From the human T2T-CHM13v2.0 reference genome, Homo sapiens, in NCBI RefSeq assembly GCF_009914755.1, contig NC_060947.1: 64,000 bases of DNA, one strand, 5' to 3'. Positions 31,281 through 47,755 of the stretch are shown in pieces. The position numbers and the translations under genes were made by a program. Every line of letters begins with the position of its first letter. The stretch's first letter is position 1. The notes beneath the pieces were generated by a model. It was not told the DNA's origin. It worked only from the letters and a program-made list of their open reading frames with translations, and did no database searches.

Positions 31281-33519
31281 TAACATGGTTTGGCTCTGTG
31301 TCTCCACTCAAATCTCATCTTGTTGCTCCCATAATTCCCACATGTTGTGGGAAGAACCCAGTGGGAGATGATTGAATCACCGGTCTCACAAGATCTGACG
31401 GTTTTAAAAATGAGAGTTTCTCTGCACAAACTCTCTCTTTCCCTACCACTGTCCATGTAAGACATGACTTGCTCCTCCTTGCCTTTCACCTTCAACCATG
31501 ATTGTGAGGCTTCCCCAGCCAATAAACCTCTTTCTTTTGTAAATTGCCCAGTCTCGGGTATGTCTTTATCAGCCATGTGAAAATGGACTAACACAGTAAA
31601 TGGGTACCAATAGAGTGGTGTGCTGCTGAAAAGATACCCGAAAATGTGGAAGTGACTTTGGAACTGGGTAACAGGCAGAGGTTGGAACAGTTTGGAGGGC
31701 TCAGAAGGAGACAGGAAAATGTGGGAAAGTTTGGAACTCCCTAGAGACTTGTTGAATGGCTTTGACCAAAATACTGATAATGATATGGACAATGAAATCC
31801 AGGCTGAGGTGGTCTCAGATGGAGTTGAGGAACTTGTTGGGAACTGGAGCAAAGGTAACTCTTGTTATGTTTTAGCAAAGAGATTGGTGGTATTTTGTCC
31901 CTGCCCTAGAGATTTGTGGAACTTTGAACTTGAGAGAGATGATTTAAAGTATCTGGCAGAAGAAAATTCTAAGCAGCAAAGCATTCAAGAAGTTAGTTGG
32001 GTGGTGTTAAAGGCATTCAGTTTTATAAGCGAAGCAAGGCATGAAAGTTTGGAAAATTTGCAGCCTGACAATGTGATAGAAAAGAAAATCCCATTTTCTG
32101 AGAAGAAATTCAAGCCAGCTGTAGAAATTTGCGCAAGTAATGACGAGCTGAATGCTAATCCCCAAGACAAGGGGGAAAATGTCTGCAGGGCATGTCACAG
32201 CAGCCCCTCCAATTATGCGCCAGGAGGTCTAGGAGGAAAAAGTGGTTTCATGGGCTGGGCCCACGATTTCCATGCTGTGTGCAGCCTATGGACCTGGTGC
32301 CCTGCATCCCTGCTGCTCTAGCCATGGCTGAAAGGAGCCAACATAGAGCTTGGGCCGTGGCTTTGGAGGGTGCAAGCTTCAAGCCTTGGCAGCTTCCACA
32401 TGGTGTTGAGCCTGCCAGTGCACAGAAGTGAAGAACTGGGGTTTAGAAACCTCTGCCTAGATTTCAGAGGATGTATGGAAATGCCTGGATTCCAGGCAGA
32501 AGTTTCCTGCAGGGGCAATGCTCTCATGGGGAACTCTGCTAAGACAGTGAGGAAGAAAATGTGGGGTTGGAGCCCCCACACAGAGACCCTACTGGGGCAC
32601 CACCTAGTGGAGCTGTGAGAAGAGGGCCATCGTTCTCTGGGCCCCAGAATGGTAGATCCACTGGCAGCTGGCACTGGGCACCTGGAAAAGCCACAGACAC
32701 TCAACGGCAGCCCATGAAGGCAGCCAGGAGGGAGGCTGTACCTTGCAAAGCCACAGGGGCAAAGCTGCCCAACACCATGGGAACCTACCTCTTGCATCAG
32801 TGTGACCTGGATATGAGACATGGAGTCAAAGGAGATTATTTTGAAGCTTTAATATTTGACTCCCCCGCTGGATTTCAAACTTGCATGGGGACTGTAGCCC
32901 CTTTGTTTTTGCCAATTTCTCCCATTTGCAACGGCTGTATTTACCCAATTCCTGTACCCCCATTGTATCTAGAAAGTAACTAACTTGCTTTTGATTTTAC
33001 AGGCTCATACATAAAAGAGACTTGCCTTCTCTCAGATGAGACTTTGGACTGTGGACTTTTGAGTTAATGTCAAAATGAGTTGAGACTTTGGGGGACTGTT
33101 GGGAAGGCATGATTGGTTTTGAAACATGAAGATATGAGATTTGAGAGGGGCCGGCGCAGAACGATATGGTCTGGGTCTATGTCCCTACCCAAACCTCATC
33201 TTGTAGCTCCCGTAATTCCCATGTGTTGAGAGAAGGACTTGGTGGGAGATGATTGAATCATGGGGGCGGGTGTTTCCCTTCCTGTTCTCATGATAGTGAA
33301 TGGGTCTCACAAGATCTGATGGTTTTAAAAATGGAAGTTTCTCTGCACAAGCTCTCTCTTTGCCTGCTGCCATCCATGTAAGATGTGACTTGCTCCTGCC
33401 TTTCACCTTCTGCCATGATTGTGAGGCCTCCCCAGCCACAAGTCCAATAAGCCTCTTTCTTTTGTAAATTGCCCAGTTTCGGGCATGTCTTTATAGCAGC
33501 GTGAAAATGAACTAATACA
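31281..33519 (+). mobile_element. Complete THE1 (A/B-like) MaLR provirus: LTR 31281-31595, internal region, LTR 33162-33519
   Basis: Two THE1 LTRs flank THE1-int (gctgctgaaaagatacccgaaaatgtggaag...); perfect 5-bp TSD GGCTG at 31276-31280 and 33520-33524. Confidence 0.93.
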
Positions 33520-33949
33520 GGCTGTATAATTACTACTTCTGATAGATACTTCTACAATTGGCAAAACACTTAAACTTGCTTCGGTTATCAGGTATCAGAG
33601 CTTGGATAATCACGTAACCATCGTCTCCTTCTATATTTCCTATCTTGGTGAATCATCTGGTCACCCTAGACAGAAACCTAAGACTCCTTTTTGAGATAGC
33701 TATCTCTTTAGATTCACACATCCAATCTATGTTGATTCTACCTCTTTGATATATTTTGAATTTTTTCTAAGGACCTGTAATTAGTAATTTCAATCTTTTC
33801 CATATTCTCCTTTCTACTATCTTAGTTTTGGTTTTAATCACCTGGATTATTTAAGTGTTCTATCTAGTCCACCCGCCACCATCAGCCTCTCCTCCCCAAA
33901 ATGGTCCTAAATATTCTAACAAAAGGATCTTTCTAAAATGCAAATATTA

Positions 33950-34417
<468 letters not shown>

Positions 34418-34531
34418 TTACAGTTTCTTCACCTTGAAGGTGTCTAACTCCATTAACTCCATGCCTTTGCACATGCTATTGTTTCCCATACCAGGAATGC
34501 TTTTCTTGAACTCTCTTCTACCAAATATCAG

Positions 34532-34541
34532 TTTTGTTTTG

Positions 34542-34572
<31 letters not shown>

Positions 34573-34856
34573 TGAGACAGGGTCTCATTCTATCACTCAG
34601 GCTGGAGTGCAATGGTACAATCATAGCTAACCACAGCCCTGACCTCCCAGGTTTAGGTGATCCTCCTACTTCAGCCCAAGAGTAGCTGGGACTACAGAAG
34701 CATGCCACCATGCCTGGCTAATTTTTTGTATTTTTACTAGAGATGGGGTTTTGCCATGTTACCCAGGCTGGTCTTGAACTCCTGGGCTCAAGTGATCTGC
34801 CCGCCTCAGACTCACAAAGTGTTGGTATTACAGGCATGAGCCACCATGCCCAGTCC
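34532..34856 (-). mobile_element. AluJ with (GTTTT)n tail
   Basis: Antisense Alu with J-type diagnostics. Confidence 0.9.
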
Positions 34857-35914
34857 CCAGTATTCTTCTTTATTATTTAGAATTGTGTTTAATGACACAT
34901 AATAGGCACAACAGAAAAGTGACAACAGTAGCTTAAACACAAGTCCAAAGGAAGTAGAAGTTGCATGATATAATCAGAGTCTGAGACTCCTACTATCTCT
35001 TTTATTTTACATTATTATAAGGAGGCTTCAAGATGATGGTTCCATCTCTAGGTTTCATATCTGCATTCCAACAACAAAGAAAGAGAAGAGCAAAGAACCT
35101 GTCAGTTGAGTTTATTTTTATCAGGAAAAAAAATGACTTTCAACAAAGCCCCACTCAGTAGATTTTTTCTTATATGGTCACTAGGCCTAGAATGCTGTAT
35201 AAAGGGGTAAGCAGATTTTACAAAAAATTCAGAATTCTGTTTGTATGTAAGAAGGGAAGAATAGATATTGTCTGCCACATCCTTTTACCTGGTTATCTCT
35301 TACAAGATTCAGATCAAGCTTCACTTTCTCTTGGAAGTTTTTCATGACATCACAAGTCCAGGTTTGGGGTCACCCTCTGTTTTCCCAGATTAGTGCATGG
35401 AAAACAGAAGGCACTCAATACATTTGGTTAACCGGATGAGAATGAAAGCCCCTCTCTTCTTTGTTCTTTCAGCACACTATTCTGGAATCACCAGTTTAGA
35501 TGCTGACTCCTTCACAAACCTGTAAGTTTTCTAAGGCCAAAGCTGTGCTTTATTTACCTCAGTATTCCACAGTATCTGAAATACAGTAAGCATTTAGTAA
35601 ATGTTTGTTGAATGAATATGTGATTGAACACATTTTAAAATGAGATTTTATAAGCAAGTGAAAATATTTAGAGACACAAAGATTAAATTCATGCTGTGTT
35701 GGGGAATAGTAGCAGAGATCTATCTAAATAGAGGTAGCACAGGAATACATTAATCTCAGTGTCTAGCTTAGAACCCTAAGAGCTAAAGAATCCCAATAGC
35801 TAAAGCCACTGAATTTCTGCTTATGGGTTAAACTCTGTCCCCAATTTTTCTGAAACCATAATCTCAAAGATCAGTACTACTACCTTTATTTTAGGTTTCA
35901 TTCTGACCTCTTGC

Positions 35915-36219
35915 TGTTGCAGAACTTTCTCCTCAGTTCAGTTAAAAACTGGGTTCTTGTCACACAACCAGGAAAGATTACGCTCATGGACACATAGAAG
36001 GGTGAGAACAAAAAAGGAAAAAAACTCAGCAAAGCTAGAGGGATTCCTGTTAACAGGCCCCATCTCACTGACTGAATCCCAGGTTACCACCCAGGAGCAG
36101 GAGAGGCCAGGCTCCTCCCCCTTGCAAATGGCAAGAACTTCCCGAGGCCCCACCCCATCCTCCCAGTGCGCAGGCCAGGCGGAGGTTCAGCGGGGAGCCG
36201 TTTTTACTTGGCTGTCTCA
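35915..36219 (-). mobile_element. ERV1 solo LTR (MER48-like)
   Basis: TG...CA termini (reverse complement TGAGACAGCC...GTTCTGCAACA) with 4-bp TSD TTGC. Confidence 0.75.
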
Positions 36220-36311
36220 TTGCCTTATTATAACCCATCTTAGCTTCATGCATAACTTGGAATCCATGTTTAAAATTTGTCTTTCTTCATGATTTGAGTC
36301 TGTCTGCTTTT

Positions 36312-36611
36312 TTTTTTTTTTTTTTTTTTTGAGACGGAGTCTCGCTCTGTCACCCAGGCTGGAGTGCAGTGACGTGATCTCGGCTCACTGCAAGCTCCGC
36401 CTCCCGGGCTCACGCCACTCTCCCGCCTCAGCCTCCTGAGTAGCTGGGATTACAGGCGCTCTCCACCACGCCCGGCTAATTTTTTGTATTTTTAGTAGAG
36501 ACGGGGTTTCACTGTGTTAGCCAGGATGGTCTCGATCTCCTGACCTCGTGATCCGCCCGCCTCAGCCTCCCAAAGTGCTGGGATTACAGGAGTGAGCCAC
36601 CGCGCCCAGCC
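36312..36611 (-). mobile_element. AluY
   Basis: CpG-rich with gcaagctccgcc; TSD agtctgtctgctttt. Confidence 0.94.
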
Positions 36612-37466
36612 TAGTCTGTCTGCTTTTAACCTTATCCTCATGACTTGTTCCTTGCCATCTCATGTAATACCTCTTTTATACCAAACATTGGCCCTGCTGG
36701 ACTTAGCATAGCATCTGGGCTCTGTTTAACTATCTGTAGCTCCTTCTAATGCTTGCTATTGCGATGTCTAGACTGCCTGACTCCCTGCTGCCTGCTACCT
36801 GTAAGACTGTTTAGATTCTCAGCCCAAACTTCTCCCTCTTTGGCCCATTCTATCAGTGAGAACAAAGCCTGGTTCTGACATGTGTGGGTGGGGCTGGGTT
36901 TACCTAAGGAGCACTTTTTCAGAGAATAGCTGGTGTGTCAAAGAGGGAAACAGACATTTGATAAGAATTGTGGGAAATATTCAGATAGTTGAATGAAACC
37001 AAATTCTTATTCAATATATGATTGTCTGGACTAATTTGCATAATGCTTTCTATCTTAGGAAGCCAACAACTCTATTTTTCTTTTTCATACAAATGGTGGC
37101 TACTATTAACCTTTCTATTACTGACTTATGATTGTAGCTGCAGAAAAGTGTAAATTTAGTATTTTTTACAACACTCAGTATTGCCTTATTTTCTCTGGTA
37201 GCAGTTGCTAATTAAGTGGAAGTGTCAGTAAGAACACAGCTTAAGGATACATAATATAAATAGCTAGTGCTGGGATAGATGTGCCAAAGTATACCATCCC
37301 TTACCCCATGCTGCTCTGTGTCTTAGGACTACAACTAAGTGCAAGTGGAGTGGACATGTGCAATTCTTCCATTCCTATCTCATTACTCTCATGTAAGTTA
37401 AATCTTTATTGAGAGCCTGCTAGGTGCACAATCCTGTGCTAGATGGAGGAATATAAAAAATGAGAC

Positions 37467-37734
37467 TGGGAGGCCGAGGTGGGTGGATCACCTGAGATCA
37501 GGAGACTGAGACCGGCCTGGCCAACATGGCAAAACCCCATCTCTACTAAAAATACAAAAATAACCCCGGCATGGTGGCATGCACCGATAATGACAGCTAC
37601 TCGGAAGGCTGAGGCAGGAGGATCACTTGAACCCAGGGGGCAGAGGTTGCGGTGAGCCGAGATCGCGCCACTTCACTCCAGCCTGGGTGAAAGAGTGAAA
37701 CTCTGACTCAAAAAAAAAAAAAAAAAAAAAAAAA
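37467..37734 (+). mobile_element. 5'-truncated AluS within an L2 fragment
   Basis: Starts at tgggaggccgagg; flanks aaaatgagac / aaaagagac. Confidence 0.9.
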
Positions 37735-38574
37735 GAGACAAAGTACCTGCCCTCAGGAAGTTAACCATCTAATTGACTGGAAGAGGAGACAGTACTCTCA
37801 GTCATAATTAACAGTCAAATGTTTCAGTAACAACAGAAAACCACTGTATATATAAAATCTCAAATTCCGTTTAAGTGCCACTAGGAGCTATGCTCTCTAG
37901 TGCCCCCATTAATAGAAAAGCAAACCAGCCCTACCTTCCATGGCTTTTCACAGTTGAAGAAATGTTACCATAAAATAATGGGATGGTTTCACAAAATACA
38001 CACCATGAAAAATACAAACATTTCCTCCATTTTTCAAATATCACTGAAAAAATATTTTTTCCTCACTTTTAAAAAAGTCTAAATGCCTTTTCAAATAGTG
38101 TCTACTTTGTGTACCTTGTTCTTGAATTTCAAATGCATTCCTAACAAAATTTAACAATGAATAATAATTCAAGAGTCAATTCTGATACTGTTATAGGGGA
38201 ACTGCTTAAGCTCTAAGACAAATAAACAACAAGAGGTGTTAGAGAAGTCAAAAAAAGTTCTTACATTTCAGATCTTTCCTATTCTTCTCATCCGTATTCT
38301 CCAACTGAAAAAGATCTTGTTCCTGCCAGTTGGTGGCCTGACCTTAGACCAGGTTTAATTAATTAGCAATCTTCTCCAGCTGTCATCTGGCCTTATTTGC
38401 CTAGACCCTAACCACAGCTCAGTACATTACTGAGGCTGAGATTTAAACCATGAACTTTTTGGTCCACCGAGCCAGAGTGACTCAACAGCCAATCAGATCT
38501 ACCTCCTCTTTCCACTGTGCCGCAAACCTCATCATCCCTGACAATGGAGGCCAAGTTTAACTTCCCACATGTAG

Positions 38575-39010
38575 ATCAGTGTTTGTCAAAATGTGGATTC
38601 CAGACAAGTGTCCTGCACATAACTGTGGTGTTTATAAGAATGCAGATTCCAGGGCGCTATTCTTAGAGATTCTGATAGCGTAGATATGGGATGAGACCTG
38701 AGGATATTCATTTTCAAAGGTTACACTTCGTGATTTTCCTTGAGACTCATTGATTGATGGTGCAAATACAATTAAGGAATGAGACCTAAGGCCTATAGGA
38801 CCCAACTTAATGTCTCAAAAGGTCAAGATGGAAATAATTCAATTTACTGGTAACAATGTGAATAGAATCACTTAGGAAGCTTGTTAAATATACACATTCC
38901 TGGGTCCTAACCCCAAACAAAAGGAATCATAATCATAAGGAGGGCCTGAGCATCTGTATGTTTAAAACGACTCAGGTCGTTCTGATAAATTTTAACAGTT
39001 GAGATCCTTT
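38575..39010. mobile_element. MER5-like hAT MITE fragments
   Basis: cagtgtttgtcaaaatgtgg, aatgcagattccaggg and agaatcacttaggaagcttgttaaa motifs; similar pieces at ~42410-42590 and ~58436-58500. Confidence 0.55.
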
Positions 39011-39368
39011 GTACCAGATCAATTACTTCAAGCTATCCAGCAACTGGCAGAGTGAAAGAGGTAACTTGCTGAAGACCCAGGAACCTATTCCCCATTCTTG
39101 GAGTGTACCTATTTTAAATGACAAAGATACATACATTTTTGCGGTGCTTAAGGGATACCTTACATTGAATGTGGTTGGAGTAAACACCCTGCAGGCTTTG
39201 GAGATGGAAGGAAGTAAAAGATACTATAGTGGGCAGTAGGTGATAACAGGTCCTGAGATAGCCAAATGTTTATGGCCTCACTCCCTCTATGTTTATAGCA
39301 ACCCGTCCTAGCCCACCAATCCCCCCACCCCATCTTGAAGGGCTGAAGGTGGTTAAAGAGTGCTTCAA

Positions 39369-39723
<355 letters not shown>

Positions 39724-40199
39724 TTAGCCATTTTTACTAGTCCTATTGGTTCTGTACAAATCAGCAGAATACCACTTCACTAGCTCCAGGAGCAAAGTAG
39801 GACAGCCTAGATAGATACATAGTCATGTCACATGGCCGCATATGTTCTCACGCTATCTGCTATTACTCTGTGCTCATTAGTGGCAGTAACGCATCTAAGC
39901 AGGCAGGTACCATGCTCTCCTGGAAAAAGAGAACACCTTTCATACCATCCTACTGTCTGTAGTCTATGACTATCTATTAATTCCCTCTCTCTTTTCCCTC
40001 TGGGTCTGGAAGGGTGCCTTAGCCATAGAGGTGGCAATCAAGTAGAAGAGTGAAACTAATTTGAATCTACTACTGAGGGTCATGATATCTTAACACATGG
40101 TTCCAGAGTATAACAAAAAAGGACCTCATGGCTAACGGAAAGTATATGAGAACTCTTCCCAAAGAGCCTATTTCAGTCATTCTCCTGGAACACATCATA

Positions 40200-41430
<1,231 letters not shown>

Positions 41431-43039
41431 AATTGCGTGGAACGAATGAATTTCCCCTTTCCTCAATTGCCAGGGAAATTCCCTACATGAAACCTACTTG
41501 TATTAGTAACAAGAGAAGCTTTCATCCTAGCACATACCTTGGTTTCTTTCTCTGTGCCCATGCCTATCTCTATTCCTATGTAAATCCCTATGTCTAGCTC
41601 TCTCTGTGCCTCTGTCTGTTTTCTCCATCATTGACTTTGTCTTCTCACCTCCTTCCCTCCTCTATCTGGCACTGTCAATCTGTCTTTTAGTGTCTTTTTC
41701 AGTCTTTTCCTTGTTGCTGTAGGTATGTCTTTAACTTTATCCCTGCTTTCTCTTCTACTGTCTGTCCATTTCTGTTTCTTGTTTCTCTGACACCTACCCC
41801 TTCTAACATGGAGGTCAAACTCTGAAGCTCTTTCAAAGCCCTGCTTAAACTGAAACTGATAAGAGAGTGTTCTTGGGTCTTTTCAAGTTGGAACTCAAAG
41901 AGAAGCCTTGAAAATCAACATTCCAGGGACAGGTGATGTCCAGTGCCTATGGTAGAGGGTATGAATTGGAATGTTCAGACACTCTGAATGCTTAATTTAC
42001 ATGATAAGGCATAAAGATATAAAAGGTGACCCACAACAGCTAATCAAAATAACAATGCTAATTTCTCTAACTCTGGCTTCAAAGATAAGGACGTGTTAGA
42101 GAGCAAACAAAAAATTCTTGAAAATCATTGACCACTTTGGCACCTTGCCCAGGAGACTCTAAGGATTCATATATAAGTATAAATGAATTGAAACTAAACA
42201 CAATAATAATGCCAACAATTTTTTCGGTGCTCACTGTGAGACAAATGTCTTACATATATTAACTTATTTAATCCCAATGCAACATTTTGCGGGAGGAAAA
42301 CTGAGGTTGAGGGTGGCCAATTAATTCCATGGTCAGCCATCTCCAAGAGGGGGAGCTAGGATTTGAATTCAGGTGTAGTCTGATTCCAAACCCTGGGCCC
42401 CTAATCACTCCAGCACTTCTCAAACTTGTCAGCTCTTAGGAATCCTTTGAATGCTCATTAAACCTTCAGAATCCTGAGCCCTGTCCTAAACCTACAAAAT
42501 CCCAGGGGAAAGATCTGGGAGTCCAGTGTTGAGCAAATGACCCAAGTGATTCTATTTGTCAGAACTATTTGAGAACCAGTGCACTAAATAGCTTCCTTAA
42601 CCACGATGTAAAGGAGGGGAGAGTTAGATTTTCCTGGTAGTTACTAGCATTACTTGACCCAGCTTCTTCCATTCAGTCCTTTGCTAGCCTCTCCTTTCCA
42701 GAGAATCAAAATCAGCCTTAGATTCTTTGTTTAATCTATAGTTTCAATGTACAATGGGAACATTTGAATTTTGAACTGAATTTCAACCAAGTCAGCAAAG
42801 AGATAGCACTTTATTGGTGGAATGGAAGTGAATAGAAGAGTATGCTGTGTTCATGTGGGGACTGGGGGAACGAAGGGGTTGGTATTTTCCTGATACTCTT
42901 AGAAATCATGCTATGTGGATGATTGACTATTTCATCCTTTTAAAGCTCAGCCTTTATTATAAAAAGAATTTTTCTTTTAATGAATAGAATAGATCTGGTA
43001 CTAATAATGGTAAACACCAAGAAAATATACATGCTGAAA

Positions 43040-43240
43040 ATACAAAATGACAATGACTTACATATAAAGTATTGACTGTCAGACCCTATACTAAGTGTTT
43101 TGCATGAATCTTCTCCTTGAATATCACAACATACTTGTGAAGTAGTTACTTTAATGATCTGTATTTTACAAATGATGAGACTGAGGTTCATAGAAATTCC
43201 TTGTCCAAGATCTAAGAGTCCGACCCAGGTTTGTTTGACG
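43040..43240 (-). mobile_element. MIR (another copy at ~42200-42410)
   Basis: attttacaaatgatgagactgaggttca core. Confidence 0.65.
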
Positions 43241-43642
43241 TATTACGAGAGAAACTTGAAATACATTAAATTTAACAGAATTTAATTGAGCAAATAATGA
43301 TTCATGAATCAGGCAGTCACTCTCCCCACCCCTTGCCCCCTTCTCTGCAACCGGAATAGGTTCAGAGAGACTCTAGCTCACTGCCACATGGTTGGGGGTA
43401 ATTTATGCACAAAAGAAGTAAAGTGATGTACAGAAAATGAAAGTGAGATACAGAAACAGCTGTATTGGTAAGAGTGTCTTATTACACTGCACAGAGTTTG
43501 AACAGTTGGCCGCCTTTGATTGGCTGAACCTTGGAGATTGGTACAAGAATAGGTTATACATCCAGTTAGGTTACAGTTCACTATGTATGGAGAAAACTTT
43601 AGGCTGAACTTAAAAGGAGGAAGCTTTAGGCTAAACTTAACA
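43241..43642 (-). mobile_element. MER57-like ERV1 solo LTR
   Basis: Reverse complement starts TGTTAAGTTTAGCCTAAAGCTT...TTTAAGTTCAGCCTAAAG; TSD gacg/gact. Confidence 0.75.
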
Positions 43643-44039
43643 GACTGCAGTTTGTGCCCTTAACACTTTGCTGCACACCCTCCACTTCAAATAGGTCAAA
43701 GAAAGATTTGGGTAAATTCAGTGATTATAGATTCCTAATGAGATATGAAAAGATGTTTTGGGATATTGAGGGTGTTTTGAAAAATATTTTGAGGTTAATT
43801 ACTTTGAACAGAAGCACAGGGTTCTCCCACAAAGATTTATTTTAGTATCACTTCTAAAGAGATGCTGATATGATCCAGTATGGCATTTCTTGTGTTTTTA
43901 TCTTCTTTGGTTTATTAGCAACCAATTTCTTTAGTAAGTGAGGGTACCATTTGGATCACCTATTTTGAATTCACAATGAATTCAGAACCCTTTTCTGAAT
44001 CCTCAGAACCCAAAATCTCCCAAATTTATAGATGTTAAG

Positions 44040-44112
44040 ATATATACATATATGTGTATGTATATATATATGTATATATATGTGTGTGTATGTGTATAAA
44101 TATATATATATA
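44040..44112. repeat. (TA)/(TG) microsatellite
   Basis: Directly visible. Confidence 0.9.
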
Positions 44113-44285
44113 TTCCTTTAATCAAAGATTCGCCCGAAGTAGAGTGATGAAACAAGAGGAATATGAAGACATTCTTTTCCTTTCTTGAATTTTCTCATTT
44201 CTGAAATTTTTCTCCCTATTATGCAAAGAGAGATCATAGTGATGTGGAATATGATAAAAATGCCTCTCACCTAGAAGTACAAGGT

Positions 44286-44595
44286 ATTTGTTTTGGTTTT
44301 GTTTCTTTGTTTGAGACAGGGTCTCGCTCTGTTGCCCAAGTTGAAGTGGAGTGACACCATCACTGTTCACTACAGCCTTGGCCTCCTGGGCTCAGGGGAT
44401 CGCCCTGCCTCAGCCTCCTGAGCAGCTAGAAAAACAGACACACTCCACCACGTCAAGCTAATTTTCTTTTTATTTTTTGTAGATACGGGGTTTTGCCACG
44501 TTGCCAGGCTGGTCTCAAAATCATGGGCTCAAGGAACCTCCCACTTCTGATTCCCAAAGCAATGGGATTACAGGCATGAGCCACCAGACCCAGCC
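44286..44595 (-). mobile_element. AluJ
   Basis: Diverged antisense Alu. Confidence 0.9.
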
Positions 44596-46059
44596 TATGG
44601 TGATATATACATATATTGAGCCCAGGACATACATATATATATATATATTATGTTGACAATTCTTTTCAGCTCATAAAGCTCTACCAAAATTATATATTCT
44701 TAAATAAAAGCCTAAGAGCTTTCAAATGTCTGAGTACTTATAATTTCCAAATTTAGAATTCTTTTCCTCTACCCAAACTGTACAAATAAAGATAAATCAG
44801 AATTTTGAAAAAACTTCAGCTGTCAAAAAACAAGTGATTATCAAAATTGCTAAACTACTGCATTAATCATTAATTGATTTATACAACTTAGTGACTTTAC
44901 AAGGGAAGGTGAACATTTTTTAACACATGCCTAATGTTGACTAATCAATCCTCCTTCTGCAAAATTGCTTTTAAAAAATCAACATACAAATTTAATCATT
45001 ATAAATTCAATCAGTAAAGAATGGCTGCCCCTCTTTCCCACATTTTGATTCCCAGGATACAATCACTTTCAAATATTTTGGGTTTTAGTTCTTCTGTTAA
45101 CTCACATGTTAAGCTAATATCACTTTTTCTGTAACAAAACCCATATACCTATCATCCAACTACACAAATTATGAACATTTTGTCAATCATGCTTCATCTA
45201 GACACACCACCCTCCCATTTTTTCCTGAAGCTCCTTTATGTTTCTGTTTTTTTCTCCCTTCTAACCAGTCTCTGGAGCAGAGGCCAAGTATAACTTCTAG
45301 CTGTACTGTCCAGCCCCTTTTTCCTTGCTCACTGTCTAGAAACTCTACCCTCCTGTGTTGTTTGCAGAGGAAACAATTTCGATTGCTGGGAACATAGTAG
45401 AGAAAGTAGAGTCTATAACATTAAGCTACGTTTTTTCATAAACAGCATAGATTAGTTTTATGTTTTTGGTACGATTGACATACAATGAACTGCACACATT
45501 TAAACTGTACATTTTGAAAATTCTAAAATAAATACATACCTGTGAAACCACCACAATTGAAGTATTGAATACATTCATTACTGCAAAATGTTTTCTCATT
45601 GTCATCCTGCCTCTCCCCATACCCTGTCCCCAATCTGGAAACCACTGATCTTCTTTCTGACACTATAGACTAATTTGCATTTTCTATAGTTTTAAATAAA
45701 TGGAATCAGGCAATAAGTACTCTTTTAGTCTGGATTCTTTCACTCATAATTATTTTGAGATTCATTCATATTGTTGTGTGGATCCATAGTTCTTTCATTT
45801 TGGTTTCTGAGTAGTTGTCCACTGAATGGATATACAACCATGTGTTTATTCATTCACTTCTTTATGTATATTTGAGTTGTTTTCAGTTTTGTCTATTACA
45901 AATAAATCTGTTATGGACATTCATATACAAGTTTTTGTATGAACACATGCTTTCTTTTCTCTTGGGTAAACACATAGAGATGGAATGGCTGGATTGTATG
46001 GTAGGTGTATGCATAACTTTTGAAGAAACTACCAAACTGTTTTTCTGATGTGGTTGTAC

Positions 46060-46355
46060 CTTTTTTTTATCGTTTTTCTTTTTTTCTTTCTTTTTTTTTT
46101 TTTTTTTGAGACAGAGTTTCACTCTTGTTGCCCAGGCTGGAGTGCAATGGTGTGATCTCGGCTCAGGCATGGCAACATTTGCCTCCCAGGTTCAGGCGAT
46201 TCTCCTCCCTCTGCCTCCCAAGTAGCTGGGATTACAGGCATGCGCCACCACGCCCAGCTAATTTTTGTTTTTTTAGTAGAGACATGGTTTCTCCATGTTG
46301 GTCAAGCTGGTCTCAAACTCCCGACCTCAGGTGATCTGCCCACCTCAGCCTCCTA
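46060..46355 (-). mobile_element. AluS, 5'-truncated
   Basis: Antisense Alu with T-rich tail. Confidence 0.9.
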
Positions 46356-46606
46356 AGATTGTACCATTTTATGTTAATGTCAGCCGTGCATGAGAGTTTC
46401 AATTTCTCCATACCTTGCCACACTTGGTATGATCAATCTTTTTAATTTTAGTCATCCTAACAGGCATGTAATAGTATCTCATTGTAGTTTATTTTTTTAT
46501 TGCCCAGACAACTAATCTTATTAAGCAGTTTTTCATGTGCTTACTAGTCATCCTAGTCATCCTTTTATCTTCTTTGGTAAAGTGTTTGTTCAAATACTTT
46601 TTCTAT

Positions 46607-47203
46607 TGTCTCAGTGGTCTTAAGACCACCCTCAAGTTCGATAACTCACTAGGACTCACAAAACTCAATAGCAGATTTTATTCACGACTAACATTTGTTA
46701 AAGAAAAAGCGTACAGTGCGAGGACAAGGGTAACAAAATATCTGTTGGGTGGAGTCCAGAGTGGTCAGGCACAGGTTACCAATACTTTCCCACATGGGGT
46801 CTCAGAGGATATACTTTATCTCTGCTGTGAACTGTATGGGACAAACATATGTGAAGATTCTATATGAGGAAGGCCATTTAAGTCTCAGGATCTGAAGTTT
46901 CTATGGAAAGGTGGTCACACAGCACATTCTGCTCTGCAGCCAGCTGTAGCAGTCAAAACTCAAGACCCCAACATGAAATCAGGTTCACATCATCAATCTT
47001 GATTTAGTGCAAAGCAAGATGGTATAATATAGTACATTGCTCTAGGTGCATACAATAAAATCCTCAATCGTTAACATGAAGAATCAGCCAAATACCACAT
47101 TCCCAGAGGTTGTCCAGTGATCAATAACAGCTCCAAGTTCTCTTGGAGGTGTGTGAGAACTGAGCAATGAGACCTACTGGGTCTCGTTAACTCTTTCCTC
47201 ACA
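46607..47203 (-). mobile_element. Solo LTR (MER21-like)
   Basis: tgtctcagtggtcttaagaccaccctcaagttc...ttaactctttcctcaca with TG/CA ends; interrupts the L1M. Confidence 0.6.
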
Positions 47204-47392
47204 CTCATTGTGTTATTGGACTGTGTGTTTACTTATTATTGAGTTTCAGGAGTTCTTTATATATTCTGGATACAATCCTTAAGGACTGTATGATTTCCAA
47301 GGATATTCTTCAGTCCTTGATTTGTCCTTTTATATTCTTAAGTGTCTTTTGTATAACAGAAGTTTTAAAAATTCCGATGAAGTCCAATTTAG

Positions 47393-47755
<363 letters not shown>

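Noticed and set aside
31265-33439. Longest ORFs in the window (195, 209 and 167 aa) as novel genes
   Set aside because: All lie within the THE1 LTR/internal sequence, where such frames are expected.
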